From: Clostridia bacterium
GTDB taxonomy: Bacteria; Bacillota; Clostridia; Oscillospirales; CAG-272
Reading direction: 5' to 3'
Assembly (NCBI GenBank): GCA_017455185.1
Contig: JAFTBN010000049.1
Coordinates: 1-61,261 of the forward strand
Length of the DNA stretch: 61,261 bases
Part shown: piece after piece, positions 19,429 through 29,769 of the stretch
Position numbering within the stretch: position 1 is the stretch's first letter
Layout of the letters: every line of letters starts with the position of its first letter
Notes under the pieces: model-generated
Database searches by the model: none
Seen by the model: the letters and a program-made list of their open reading frames with translations, nothing else
Told to the model about the DNA's origin: nothing
Made by a program: the position numbers and the translations under genes

Positions 19429-20453
19429 GACCCGGTCTGCTCCGACTCTTCCATCAGTAAATGAAGTTTTTTGCCTTCCCCATTCAGTTCAATCTTCAGC
19501 CCGGTCTGCTTTTCCCGGATGATTTCCTGCATTTTCTGGTACTGATACTGAGCCAGAAGGTCACTCAGGTTGGTCTCCACGTACGAACGGGTCATTTCCT
19601 GCCGCACGATGACGTAAAAACCGTCTTCCCCTTCCACCACTTCGCTGACCTTTCCCACTTCAAGTGAAAAAGCGGCCTGCTCGTACGCAAGATCCATCTC
19701 GCCGTAGGTAAAACAGTAGGGGGTATTTTCAAACACATCCTCGTTGTAGGCCGAGGCAATCATCTGGGTGATGGTTTTCTCCCCGGACAGAAGCAGTTCC
19801 CTGGCCTTTTCGGCTCTTTTCCGGTTGTCCTCCGGGTCCTCGCCTTGGTCGTTCCGGACAAACACATGATAGGTCAGGACAAAATTGCCCTCCATTGCAT
19901 AATCCGCAAAGGAATCCCGGTCTGCCTGGGTAAGCCCCGAATGCGGGATGATGTCCAGTGCGTTGGCGTAGGTGTCAATCAGGGCGGATTCCAGCACGTC
20001 GCAGCCCAGGATGTACCGATAGTACCGGTCGGTCATGCCGTGTTCCTTCAAAAACTCCTTATAAGACGTTCCGGACATTTCCAAGGACTGCTTGGCACTG
20101 GTCAGTTTCACGTTGACCTGATCCTTGACGTCTTCGTCGTCGAGATGAAGACCCACGTCCTGTGCCAGCAATATAACAGAAAAATTATATGTTAAATTCT
20201 CGAGAACCAAGTCCCGGAGCATCCGGTCGTATTGAGTCGGAGCCTCATCGGTTCCCCAGATGTCCTCCCCATAGGCGTCCTCCAGTCCCTGACGGTACAT
20301 GGAGACCACAAAGGAATACTCGTCCTCGTACAGATTCAATCCCTGACAGGTTCCCACCACTTTGGCTTTGCCGCAGGAGGCAAGACTGACCAGCAGCATC
20401 ATCGCCGCGAGAAACACGGCCGCCGCCCGTTTGAATCGAATGGCATGTTTCAC
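19425..20453 (-). CDS. PrsA-like parvulin peptidyl-prolyl isomerase lipoprotein
   Basis: Lipobox LASC; YHVFV, YEQAAFSLEVGKVSEVVE..GFYVI. Confidence 0.8.
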   Translation of the reverse strand: MKHAIRFKRAAAVFLAAMMLLVSLASCGKAKVVGTCQGLNLYEDEYSFVVSMYRQGLEDAYGEDIWGTDEAPTQYDRMLRDLVLENLTYNFSVILLAQDVGLHLDDEDVKDQVNVKLTSAKQSLEMSGTSYKEFLKEHGMTDRYYRYILGCDVLESALIDTYANALDIIPHSGLTQADRDSFADYAMEGNFVLTYHVFVRNDQGEDPEDNRKRAEKARELLLSGEKTITQMIASAYNEDVFENTPYCFTYGEMDLAYEQAAFSLEVGKVSEVVEGEDGFYVIVRQEMTRSYVETNLSDLLAQYQYQKMQEIIREKQTGLKIELNGEGKKLHLLMEESEQTGS

Positions 20454-20630
20454 TGTATTACTTCCTTTTCAACGCGCCTTTGCGTATAATCATTCATTTT
20501 ATTTTAGCATGTAAAGAGTGCAAAAGTCAAGATATCCACGGTCTTTTTTTGTCAGTTTGCCATAAGCCTTTGGCACTTTCTGTCTGTTTTTTCTCCCGAT
20601 CGTTCCCCCTCAGCTTTTTGGGCAAAGTTC

Positions 20631-20659
20631 TTGTAATGTTTCAAAAAGTGATGTATAAT
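20631..20659 (+). promoter_or_regulatory. SigA promoter of hprK
   Basis: TTGTAA-N17-TATAAT. Confidence 0.65.
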
Positions 20660-20695
20660 TGCACCATGACCGAACTTTACAGGAAGGAACACAAA

Positions 20696-21628
20696 ATGGC
20701 CGATTTATATACCGTTCCGCTTTCTACCATCGTCGAGCAGTTCAACTTTGAGAAACTGTATCTGCCCGACAATTACGAAACCATTCTGATCAGCACGCCG
20801 GAAGTCAGCCGTCCGGGTCTGGCCCTGGCCGGATTCTACGAGCTGTTTGAAAAGACCCGGATCCAGATGATCGGAAACGCGGAATGCCGCTATCTGAACA
20901 GCCTTTCCAAGAACGCGCGGCGGACGACCCTGAAAAATCTGGCGGGCGCGCATCCCGTCGCCATCGTCCTGACGGCCGGAAACGCGTCCTATCCCGAACT
21001 GGACCGCTACACCAAGGAGGAGAACGTTCCTCTGCTCAGAACCCAGGAAAAGACCAGCGCCATCATGGCGTCCCTTGTCACCGCCCTGAACAACTATCTG
21101 GCTCCCCGCATCACCCGCCACGGCGTCCTGGTGGACGTATACGGCGAAGGTCTGCTGCTCCTCGGGGACAGCGGAGTCGGAAAAAGCGAAACCGCCATTG
21201 AACTGGTCAAGCGCGGACATCGCCTGATTGCGGACGACGCAGTGGAAATCAAGCGTATTTCGTCCGGGGAACTGGTCGGAACGGCACCCGAAATCATCCG
21301 CCATTACATTGAACTCCGGGGCATCGGCATCGTGGACGTCCGCCGCCTGTTCGGCATGGGCGCCGTCATGGACGAGGGCCTGATCGATCTGGTCATTCAG
21401 CTCGAACCCTGGGTCGACGGCAAGATGTACGACCGTCTCGGTCTGGACGACCACAAGATCAACATCCTGGGAGTCAACATTCCCACCATCACCATTCCGG
21501 TCAAGCCCGGCCGGAACCTGGCCATCATTCTGGAAATTGCCGCCATGAACAACCGGCAAAAGAAAATGGGCTACAACACAGCCGAGGAATTCAACAAGCG
21601 GCTGATGCAGCAAATGGAAATCGAGTAA
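20696..21628 (+). CDS. hprK: HPr kinase/phosphorylase
   Basis: HGVLVDVYGEG, GDSGVGKSETA, LIADDAV, IELRGIGI, PVKPGRN. Confidence 0.97.
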   Translation: MADLYTVPLSTIVEQFNFEKLYLPDNYETILISTPEVSRPGLALAGFYELFEKTRIQMIGNAECRYLNSLSKNARRTTLKNLAGAHPVAIVLTAGNASYPELDRYTKEENVPLLRTQEKTSAIMASLVTALNNYLAPRITRHGVLVDVYGEGLLLLGDSGVGKSETAIELVKRGHRLIADDAVEIKRISSGELVGTAPEIIRHYIELRGIGIVDVRRLFGMGAVMDEGLIDLVIQLEPWVDGKMYDRLGLDDHKINILGVNIPTITIPVKPGRNLAIILEIAAMNNRQKKMGYNTAEEFNKRLMQQMEIE

Positions 21629-21649
21629 TCTTCAATTCGGGAGCAAATT

Positions 21650-23284
21650 ATGCCAATAACAGAATTTTTGGAAAATAACGCGCGGTACTATCCCAACGAG
21701 ACCGCGCTTGTGGAAATCAATCCGGACCGCCAGCCGAACAAACAGACCACCTGGCGCGAATACAACCTGATCGAATCCGGATCCTCCGCCAAGTTCCGCC
21801 GGGAAATCACCTGGCGCCACTTCAATGAAATGTCCAACCGCGTGGCCAATCTTCTGCTGACGCGCGGCATCCAGAAAGGAGACAAGGTCGGCATTCTGCT
21901 GATGAACTGTCTGGAATGGCTTCCGATTTATTTCGGCATCCTGAAGACCGGAGCGCTGGCCGTTCCGATGAACTACCGTTTCTCCTCGGATGAAATCGAA
22001 TACTGCGCCGACCTTTCGGACCTGACCTTCCTGGTCTTCGGTCCCGAATTCACGACCCGCATCGAATCCGTGAAAAAGAACATGGTCAAGATTCACACCT
22101 ATTTCTTCGTCGGTCAGGAATTGCCGGACTTTGCCGAGGACCTGGTCAAACTCCTCAATTACTGCTCCATCGTGTCCCCTCCGATCCGCGTAACCGACGA
22201 GGACAACGCGGCCATCTACTTCTCCTCGGGCACGACCGGATTCCCCAAGGCCATCCTGCATTCGCACGCGGCCCTGGTGGGTTCCTGCATCACCGAGCAG
22301 AAGCACCATCACCAGACCCACGAAGACGTCTTCCTGTGCATCCCGCCCCTGTATCATACCGGCGCCAAGATGCACTGGTTCGGTTCCCTTCTCTCGGGCA
22401 GCCGCGCGGTTCTTTTGCGCGGAGTCAAGCCGGAATGGATCCTGCAGACCGTCTCGGATGAGAAGTGCACCATCGTATGGCTGCTGGTGCCGTGGGTCCA
22501 GGACATCCTGGACGCCATCGAGCGCAAAGAAGTGGACCTGAGTTCCTATGAGCTTTCCCAATGGCGTCTGATGCACATCGGGGCGCAGCCGGTTCCCCCC
22601 TCCCTGATCCGCCGCTGGAAATCCGTTTTCCCGCACCACGATTACGACACCAACTACGGCCTTTCCGAGTCCATCGGGCCGGGCTGCGTACACCTGGGCA
22701 TTGAAAACATCCGCAAGGTAGGCGCCATCGGCATTCCCGGTTACGGCTGGGAAGCCAAAATCGTCGACCCGGATTTCGTGGAAGTCAAGCAGGGCGAAGT
22801 CGGCGAGCTGGCCGTCAAGGGTCCGGGCGTCATGAAATGCTATTACAAGAACTCGGACGCGACCGATGAGGTCCTCCGGGGCGAATGGCTCCTGACGGGC
22901 GACATGGCCAAGCAGGACGAGGACGGTTTCATCTATCTGGTGGACCGCAAGAAGGACGTCATCATCACGGGAGGCGAAAACCTCTATCCCGTACAGATTG
23001 AGGACTTCCTGCGCGCTCATCCCAAGATCAAAGACGTAGCCGTCATCGGCCTTCCGGACCAGAGACTGGGCGAGATTGCCGCCGCAATCATCGAAATCAA
23101 AAAAGGCTGCACCTGCACCGAAGAAGAAATCAACGCCTTCGTTCAGGGTCTGCCCCGTTACAAGCGGCCCCGCAAAATCATCTTTGCCAAAGTGCCGCGG
23201 AACGCAACCGGAAAAATCGAAAAGCCCTTGCTGCGCAAGACCTATTGCAGCGAGCGGCTGGTCGAATCCGAAACCACAAGCTGA
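21650..23284 (+). CDS. Acyl-CoA synthetase (AMP-binding, class I adenylate-forming)
   Basis: YFSSGTTGFPK, YGLSE, TGD, DRKKDVIITGGEN, PRNATGK. Confidence 0.92.
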   Translation: MPITEFLENNARYYPNETALVEINPDRQPNKQTTWREYNLIESGSSAKFRREITWRHFNEMSNRVANLLLTRGIQKGDKVGILLMNCLEWLPIYFGILKTGALAVPMNYRFSSDEIEYCADLSDLTFLVFGPEFTTRIESVKKNMVKIHTYFFVGQELPDFAEDLVKLLNYCSIVSPPIRVTDEDNAAIYFSSGTTGFPKAILHSHAALVGSCITEQKHHHQTHEDVFLCIPPLYHTGAKMHWFGSLLSGSRAVLLRGVKPEWILQTVSDEKCTIVWLLVPWVQDILDAIERKEVDLSSYELSQWRLMHIGAQPVPPSLIRRWKSVFPHHDYDTNYGLSESIGPGCVHLGIENIRKVGAIGIPGYGWEAKIVDPDFVEVKQGEVGELAVKGPGVMKCYYKNSDATDEVLRGEWLLTGDMAKQDEDGFIYLVDRKKDVIITGGENLYPVQIEDFLRAHPKIKDVAVIGLPDQRLGEIAAAIIEIKKGCTCTEEEINAFVQGLPRYKRPRKIIFAKVPRNATGKIEKPLLRKTYCSERLVESETTS

Positions 23285-23314
23285 AAAAAACAGGGGCCTT
23301 GCCCCTGTTTTTTT
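23284..23314. terminator. Bidirectional terminator between convergent genes
   Basis: AAAAAAACAGGGGC / GCCCCTGTTTTTTT. Confidence 0.85.
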
Positions 23315-23349
23315 CTTCTCCTCTTCTCCTGCCTCCGTTTTGGGGAGGA

Positions 23350-23676
23350 TCAAAGTGGTTTCAATTCCCCGTTCATCAAAGCCTTGTAAGCCGCATCCGC
23401 TCCACCCTCAAAGGTGTACAGGCTCAAGCCGCTGCGCTTGAGCACCGCCATGGCTTTCGGGCTGTAGTTTCGGCAGACCAGAACGTCGGTCATGGATTCC
23501 TTGAAGCGGCGGATCTGCGCCTCGGTATCTTTGGAATACACCGAGAGGAATTGCCTTTTCTTCAGTTTCCCGTCCTCCATGCAATACAGCCAGAAGGCAT
23601 CCGCCTTTTCAAAATACGGAATCTGTTCGCTCCCGTCAAACGCAACCGCGACGAAGAGAAACTTCTTGTGTTCCAT
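23350..23676 (-). CDS. NifB/NifX-family (FeMo-co-binding fold) small protein
   Basis: VAVAFDG...FEKADAF...DVLVCRNYSPKAMAVL..GL. Confidence 0.6.
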   Translation of the reverse strand: MEHKKFLFVAVAFDGSEQIPYFEKADAFWLYCMEDGKLKKRQFLSVYSKDTEAQIRRFKESMTDVLVCRNYSPKAMAVLKRSGLSLYTFEGGADAAYKALMNGELKPL

Positions 23677-23982
23677 TTACGCTTCCGCCTTCTTCAACTG
23701 AAGATTGAGCCAGGTCTCTCCCAGGTCGAACGCCTCATACAGGCTTCCCTTGACTCCCTGCTGCAGAATGTTGCTCTGGTTGTGGGAATCCACCACCTGA
23801 ATCAGGACCTTGTCCGGCACTTTCTGCCCGCCCTCATCGCGGTATTTCATGATTTCCAGAATCAGCACGCAGCTGTCATTCTGCAAATCCCCGTAGCAAA
23901 TGGTATCTTCCTCCCGCACCAGCGGTTTGCCCTTGTACATCATATAGGTGTTCTGGTCGAGAATTTTCTTTTCTTCGCTCAT
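23677..23982 (-). CDS. Hypothetical protein
   Basis: ORF with GGAGG RBS, abutting the next gene. Confidence 0.7.
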   Translation of the reverse strand: MSEEKKILDQNTYMMYKGKPLVREEDTICYGDLQNDSCVLILEIMKYRDEGGQKVPDKVLIQVVDSHNQSNILQQGVKGSLYEAFDLGETWLNLQLKKAEA

Positions 23983-24040
23983 AGATAGGCCTCCATCGTT
24001 CTGTAATCAACCAAGATTATAACATTCCCTCATTTTTTTG

Positions 24041-25213
24041 TCAAACACAGGCATCCCCCAAAAGGACGGGATGCTTTTTTTCAAGGTCCCCGGCGGCAAG
24101 ACCCGGTTCGTATGCCGCGCTCACCCAGGCCAGCATCGCAAGTTCTGCCCGGTGCTGCTCCCGGCCGTCCTGAGTCAGATCCCGGTCAAACAGCCTTGCC
24201 GGCATCAGCACGTGCCGCAGGTCCTTTTTCAGACCGGACAGATACCTCTGTCCCGCGGAAGAAAGACCGAGCAGATGGAAATAGGAAGGCTTCTTTTTCA
24301 GTTGCGCCTCCCTCACTCCCGTCATGCCGAAAAGCAAGGTCCGGCGGAAAAAGGAATCTGTGTATTTTTTGGTCCGCAACGCCGAGAAAAAAGAAGCATA
24401 GTCCGCCGTCCCGGCGGCGCATTTTTCCACCCGCTGCGCCACGCCTCCTCCCATGCCCGAACAATCCCGATAGATTCCGGCGGGCGTCAGACGGTAATAG
24501 GCAAACAGCAATTCCTCGGATTTGGAAGGATCCGGGCCTCCTCCCGGCGCAAGCAGTGTCTGCTTTACGTCGGAGGGCACGCACGCCTCCCAGGCCGGGT
24601 CTTTTTCCCTCAGGCAGCGCCGGATAAAGGCTGAGGAAGGATTCTCCCCGTCCGCCTCCATCAGGTGATGCGTGTCGGGCCTTTTTACGACCTGCAAATT
24701 CCATTCCAGTCCGAGTTTTTCGGCCGCCCGCAGATAGGCAATGCCCAGCCGGTCGTTCGGCCCGGGGACCTCTCCCGCCAGAGTCTGCCACTGCTTTGCA
24801 AACGCCTGCGGCGTCCCCATTCCGGCCTGTGCCGCAGGCAGGTCTTTTGCATCCTCCATGGCGGAAAGCGTTCTGAGATGCTCTCCGTCTCCGGATTCGC
24901 TGCCGAAGCAAAGCGTGTCGACGCCGAGCCCGGAAAGTGTCCAGACTCCGCCCAGGGCAAAATGCTCCATGGCTCCGCAGGACCAGGGAAAAGGCACTTC
25001 GGCCACCAGGTCCGCCCCGTGCAAAAGAGCGGTTTTCGCCCGCAGATACGGATCGAGCAGGGCCGCTTCCCCTCTTTGGGTCGCGTGTCCGCTCATAGCG
25101 CACACCACGATGCCGTCCGGGCCGGCCGCCTCCCTCATGAAGGAAAGAAGCCTTGCGTGTCCCCGGTGCAAGGGATTCAATTCACAGACCGTCCCCAGCA
25201 CTCTCGGGCTCAT
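24041..25213 (-). CDS. tmcAL: tRNA(Met) cytidine acetate ligase (HIGH-type nucleotidyltransferase)
   Basis: GTVCELNPLHRGH, MSGHATQRGE, GADLV, FGSESGD, PNDRLG, KKYT. Confidence 0.85.
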   Translation of the reverse strand: MSPRVLGTVCELNPLHRGHARLLSFMREAAGPDGIVVCAMSGHATQRGEAALLDPYLRAKTALLHGADLVAEVPFPWSCGAMEHFALGGVWTLSGLGVDTLCFGSESGDGEHLRTLSAMEDAKDLPAAQAGMGTPQAFAKQWQTLAGEVPGPNDRLGIAYLRAAEKLGLEWNLQVVKRPDTHHLMEADGENPSSAFIRRCLREKDPAWEACVPSDVKQTLLAPGGGPDPSKSEELLFAYYRLTPAGIYRDCSGMGGGVAQRVEKCAAGTADYASFFSALRTKKYTDSFFRRTLLFGMTGVREAQLKKKPSYFHLLGLSSAGQRYLSGLKKDLRHVLMPARLFDRDLTQDGREQHRAELAMLAWVSAAYEPGLAAGDLEKKHPVLLGDACV

Positions 25214-26024
25214 GGGCCACCTCTCTCTTTTTCCTTTCCCACGGATGCGGCAGACTTTCCGTGTCAGTGCGTAAGAATTTCCAAAGCAAAACCACCGCCG
25301 TCGCCACTCCGAGCACCGCCATCAGGGCAATGGTCAGGGGCCGGAACCAGTTCGCATGTCCGAGCGTCGGCAAAAGCATTCCGCCGAAATCGAACAGCGC
25401 GTGAACGGCCATGCAATACCACACAGACCCGCTCAGAAGCAGCATCAGGCTGCACATCGCCCCGATCAGGGTGGAATACCCGACCTGCATCAGGGTGTCT
25501 CCCACGCCCGCCCCTTCGAACAGATTCAGCAAATGAACCAGGCCAAACAGGACGGAGGAAAGAAGGCTGACAAGCAGGATTTGCTTTTTGTTTGTATGAA
25601 ACGCCTCCAGAAGGCTGCACAAAAACAGCCCGCGGAAGACCAATTCCTCAAAACAGCCAATGGCCAGGGCGGCAAAAAACAGCACCACGGCCTCCCAGAC
25701 TTTTCCCTCGAACGAGGCTTCGCGGCGAATGACGGCTTCCCACTGAAAGTTGTTCAGGGCCACGAGAAAGGGAAAAACCAGATACAGGCCCGGACGGCCC
25801 GGTCCCAGGACCGGATACTTTACATAGCACACCATGCCAAAGAACAGCAAGGCCCCAAGCGTCCTGGAGACGAGCATCTCCAAAAGATACCGCTGCGTCT
25901 GCGTAAAGGTAAAGTCCCCGTACGTGCGGGTAAACGGACGCCAGACGTAAAACGCGACAAGGGCCAGAAGCACCATCCCCTCAAAGGCAAAGAAGGCGGC
26001 CCTGGATCCTGCCCACTTTTTCAT
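25182..26024 (-). CDS. CPBP (Abi/CAAX) intramembrane metalloprotease
   Basis: EELVFRG, FGLVH, HALFD. Confidence 0.9.
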   Translation of the reverse strand: MKKWAGSRAAFFAFEGMVLLALVAFYVWRPFTRTYGDFTFTQTQRYLLEMLVSRTLGALLFFGMVCYVKYPVLGPGRPGLYLVFPFLVALNNFQWEAVIRREASFEGKVWEAVVLFFAALAIGCFEELVFRGLFLCSLLEAFHTNKKQILLVSLLSSVLFGLVHLLNLFEGAGVGDTLMQVGYSTLIGAMCSLMLLLSGSVWYCMAVHALFDFGGMLLPTLGHANWFRPLTIALMAVLGVATAVVLLWKFLRTDTESLPHPWERKKREVAHEPESAGDGL

Positions 26025-26857
26025 GACTCTGCCGGAGCCGGGTTTTCCGGAGGCACGTCATCCCCGGACTTCTTTCCGGCTTCCTCTGCCCGGACCAGCC
26101 AGGGCACAAAGAATTTGCGCTCCGCCCAATAGACGAGGAACGCGCCCGCGACCATAAGGATCGCCACCAGCTGGGAAGGACTGAGGAACGGAACAACGGT
26201 CGCTCCCCTTTCGTCTCCCCGGAAGAATTCGATGATGAACCGCCATACCCCGTAGCTGACCATGTAGATCGGCAGCCCGAAGCGGCGTCCTTTGAAGAAC
26301 CGGACCATCAGAAAAGCGCACAGCGCCAGAAGGAAGAGCGCCTCATACAGCTGAAGGGGAACCACCTTGTAACCCAGGTCCACCATGTAAATGCCGTACC
26401 ACGCGTCGGTCGCCTTTCCATGGCAGCATCCTGCCATCAGGCAGCCGAGCCGCCCGAATCCGTGCGCAATCGTCACGCAGCACGGGGCGATGTCGAGCGG
26501 AATGATGAAATGGCTTATGTGATAACGATCCGGGAAGAGTTTGCGCCCGACCAGAAAATAGATCAGGAAGAACGCAATCGCCCCGCCGATCAGGCCCCCG
26601 TAAAACGTGGAGCCCGTATCCGAGGCAAGCTCGAACGTCCCGGTTTTCATGAAATTGTAAAACGCCTGCCAGAGCACGGCCGAACCGTACCCCACGAGCA
26701 CCGAGGCAACCGCGTCAATCAGGCACAGATTGAGCATCTTGGCCGGCATGTGCACCCGGTCTGCGCAGACACGGGTCACAACCAGAGCGCCCAGTATCCC
26801 CAGCGCAATCAGGATCGAATACAGATCGATTCCCCAGAACAATTCTTCGGGATGCAT
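26021..26857 (-). CDS. lgt: Prolipoprotein diacylglyceryl transferase family
   Basis: FYGGLIG, GRLGCLMAGCCHG, PLQLYE, RFIIEFFRGD. Confidence 0.88.
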   Translation of the reverse strand: MHPEELFWGIDLYSILIALGILGALVVTRVCADRVHMPAKMLNLCLIDAVASVLVGYGSAVLWQAFYNFMKTGTFELASDTGSTFYGGLIGGAIAFFLIYFLVGRKLFPDRYHISHFIIPLDIAPCCVTIAHGFGRLGCLMAGCCHGKATDAWYGIYMVDLGYKVVPLQLYEALFLLALCAFLMVRFFKGRRFGLPIYMVSYGVWRFIIEFFRGDERGATVVPFLSPSQLVAILMVAGAFLVYWAERKFFVPWLVRAEEAGKKSGDDVPPENPAPAES

Positions 26858-26896
26858 CCCGGCCTCCTTTCTCCGTGCCGCGCAGCGGCCATGGTT

Positions 26897-27460
26897 TCAA
26901 TGCTTCTTTTTCTTTTCCTTTTCCTGTTTTTTCGCCTCTTTGAGGTCGGCGCGGACCATGGAAAAGGCCGCCTTCTCCCCGTTTTCGCTCAATTCCCGCA
27001 GCCATTTTTCAAGCATCCGGGCCGTATCGGGGTGCATCAGGGTCTTCGCCCGCCCCCGCAGGTAGTACGCGTAAGCGTCCCCGTCCCGGTATTCCTTTTT
27101 TCGGTAAATCTTGCTTGCGGCCACCCGGTCGCAGAACATTTCGGCGACGTACCGGGGCGGCATGGGAACCGGACGGTATTGCTTGGTGGCGGGATCGATG
27201 TCCACCCAATATTCAAAATGATGACGATTTCTTCCCTTGTGGTGCATCCAGGCCAGAGAATACCCGATGGTTTCCCGCTCGGATTCGTTCGGACTCCGGT
27301 TGCCCTGAAAATATCTGGCGCCGGCCCAGAATTCGGTCGGCGAGTATTTGGACAGGTCGTGCCGCAGCCCCTGCCAGAAGATGCCCGCCTTGCGGCAGTG
27401 CTTCATGACCAGATGCCGGTGCCGGGTAATGGTCGCAAAATGCAAAAAGGGATGTGCCAT
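26897..27460 (-). CDS. DUF5662-like HD-fold protein
   Basis: GLRHDLSKYSPTEF, AWMHHKGRNRHHFEYW, EMFCDR. Confidence 0.8.
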   Translation of the reverse strand: MAHPFLHFATITRHRHLVMKHCRKAGIFWQGLRHDLSKYSPTEFWAGARYFQGNRSPNESERETIGYSLAWMHHKGRNRHHFEYWVDIDPATKQYRPVPMPPRYVAEMFCDRVAASKIYRKKEYRDGDAYAYYLRGRAKTLMHPDTARMLEKWLRELSENGEKAAFSMVRADLKEAKKQEKEKKKKH

Positions 27461-27471
27461 ATCCGCCTCCG

Positions 27472-28251
27472 TCAAGCGTTGTTTCTCAGTTCAGGGAAGA
27501 AATGATAGATTCCCTGCGCCACGCCGCCCTGTGCGGCATCGCAGCTGACGTACGTAACCAGTTCCTTGAGATACGGGTCCGAATTTCCCATCGCGACCGA
27601 AAGCGCGGCAGCGCGGAGCATTTCCTCGTCGTTGTTGCTGTCTCCCATGGCGATGATGTGATCTTCCGGAATTCCGAGATGCCCGCACAGAGCCAGCATG
27701 CCGGTTCCCTTGTCACAGCCGTGAAAGGTAGTTTCGGTGTAATACGAATGGACGTACACCTTGAAATAGCGACTCAGGAACGCTTCTTCCTCGGGCGTAA
27801 TCTGCCGCAATACGGTGATTTTGGAAACCCGCTGGGCCTTCGCCTCGGCGACAAGGTCGAACGTTTCGTCAAACGCGTCCTCGAACCGGTACCGGTCCGG
27901 ATGGTCGCGGAGCAGAAAAGGACGGTACGCCTTGTCCCCTTCCCAGATGACGCGGTCCCCTTTTTTTGCAAAATACATCGTGACTTCAATCAACTGTCCG
28001 GGGTCCATGCACCGGTTTGCCAGTTCCTGCCCGCGAAAGGAGATATACGAGCCGATGCTCGCGACAACGCCGTCAACCGGCACGGGAGAGAGCGCCTGTG
28101 CGGGATAGTTCCCGATGGTGCGTCCCGTGTTGATGAAGACGTAATGGCCCGCGTCGTGAAAACGGCGGAGCGCCTCTATGTTCTCTTTCGGGATGCCGAC
28201 CTGCTTGGCCAAAAGGGTGTTGTCGATATCCAAAAACAGCGCATAAGCCAT
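27472..28251 (-). CDS. Cof-type HAD phosphatase
   Basis: FLDIDNTL, NTGR, DKG, MGDSNNDEEM. Confidence 0.92.
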   Translation of the reverse strand: MAYALFLDIDNTLLAKQVGIPKENIEALRRFHDAGHYVFINTGRTIGNYPAQALSPVPVDGVVASIGSYISFRGQELANRCMDPGQLIEVTMYFAKKGDRVIWEGDKAYRPFLLRDHPDRYRFEDAFDETFDLVAEAKAQRVSKITVLRQITPEEEAFLSRYFKVYVHSYYTETTFHGCDKGTGMLALCGHLGIPEDHIIAMGDSNNDEEMLRAAALSVAMGNSDPYLKELVTYVSCDAAQGGVAQGIYHFFPELRNNA

Positions 28252-28276
28252 TCGTTCGTTCCTTCTTCCCGCAGTC

Positions 28277-29749
28277 TTACAGTTTGGGCTTGAAATTCGG
28301 TTCGGAGTGAACCAGCATGCCCAGTTTCTTGTAAATCCGGGAGTCGGTCTCCGAAAGCATCACGGTGAAGTGCGCGTCACAGCCGCGCAGCCGGTCCAGC
28401 TGCTTGAGGGCCAGGGCCGCCTCCTCGCTCTCCGAGGAGGAAATGGAGAGGGCGATGAGCACCTCGTCCGAATGCAATCTGGGATTGTGATGGCCCAGAT
28501 AGTTAATTTTGAGCTGACAGATCGGCTCGAGAGCCGCGGGGCTGATGATGTTCTTCTCCGCGTCGATACCGGCCAGCGCCTTGACCGCGTTGAGCAATGC
28601 GGCGGCGGCCGGTCCCATCAGATTAGAGGTCTTGCCCGTGATGATGCGTCCGTCGGCCAGCTGAATGGCTCCGGCCGGGCTTCCCTCGATCTGGCTCTTT
28701 TCAAGCGACGCGGCAACCGCCGGGCACAGATAGGGCGTGACCTGGGCGCGCTGCATAAGCAGTTCCATCTTGCGCGTCATGCGGCCGTTTCCGCCGTTGA
28801 GACGTTCAAAGGTCGCCGCCGCGTAATAGCGGCGCAGGATCTCCAGTCTGGCAGCGGCGCAGCAGGCCTCGTCGTCCGAAATGCAGAAACCGGCCATGTT
28901 GACTCCCATGTCGGTCGGGGACTGATACGGGCTCTTGCCCTGGATCCGCTCGAGCATGGCGCGGAGCACGGGAAAGATTTCGACGTCGCGGTTGTAATTG
29001 ACCGTGATGACGCCGTAGGCTTCCATATGATACGGGTCAATCATGTTCACGTCGTCCAGATCGACCGTAGCGGCCTCGTAGGCGATGTTCACGGGATGCT
29101 GCAAGGTCAGGTTCCAGATCGGGAAAGTCTCGAATTTGGCATATCCGGCCTTGACGCCGTGCTGATATTCATGGTAGAGCTGAGACAGACAGGTCGCCAT
29201 TTTGCCCGAACCGGGGCCGGGCGCCGTGATGACCACCAGAGGCTTGGAGGTCTCGACAAACTCGTTCTTGCCGTAGCCTTCCTCGCTGACGATGCGGGCC
29301 ACGTCGTTGGGGTAGCCCGGGATCGGATAATGCAGATAGGAGCGGATGCCCGCGTCGGCCAGTTTGCGGCGGAAGGCGTCGGCGCTGGCCTGGCCTGCGT
29401 ATTGGGTAATGACAACGCTCTCGCACACGAATCCGTGTTCGCGGAAAATGCCAATCAGGCGGAACACTTCCTCGTCGTATCCCACGCCGATGTCGTTGCG
29501 CCGCTTCCTGGACTCGATGTCGGACGCGTTGATGGCGATGACGATTTCGGTATCGTCCTTGAGCGCCTGCAGCATTCTGAACTTCGAATCGGGCTGGAAC
29601 CCGGGAAGGACGCGGGACGCGTGATAGTCGTCCGTCAGTTTACCGCCGAATTCAAGATACAGCTTTCCGCCGAACTGCGCGATTCTCTCGCGGATGTGTT
29701 CGGACTGCATCTTGATGTACTTGTCATTATCAAACCCAATGCTTGCCAT
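28277..29749 (-). CDS. DUF1846 family protein
   Basis: GFDNDKY..QS, YLEFGGKL, TAPGPGSGK, YAKFETFP, PTDMGVNM. Confidence 0.9.
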   Translation of the reverse strand: MASIGFDNDKYIKMQSEHIRERIAQFGGKLYLEFGGKLTDDYHASRVLPGFQPDSKFRMLQALKDDTEIVIAINASDIESRKRRNDIGVGYDEEVFRLIGIFREHGFVCESVVITQYAGQASADAFRRKLADAGIRSYLHYPIPGYPNDVARIVSEEGYGKNEFVETSKPLVVITAPGPGSGKMATCLSQLYHEYQHGVKAGYAKFETFPIWNLTLQHPVNIAYEAATVDLDDVNMIDPYHMEAYGVITVNYNRDVEIFPVLRAMLERIQGKSPYQSPTDMGVNMAGFCISDDEACCAAARLEILRRYYAAATFERLNGGNGRMTRKMELLMQRAQVTPYLCPAVAASLEKSQIEGSPAGAIQLADGRIITGKTSNLMGPAAAALLNAVKALAGIDAEKNIISPAALEPICQLKINYLGHHNPRLHSDEVLIALSISSSESEEAALALKQLDRLRGCDAHFTVMLSETDSRIYKKLGMLVHSEPNFKPKL

Positions 29750-29769
29750 TGTATGATTGCCTCCGGTTC

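Noticed and set aside
23350-23676. Nitrogen fixation
   Set aside because: An isolated NifB/NifX-fold protein with no nif genes; this family is widespread
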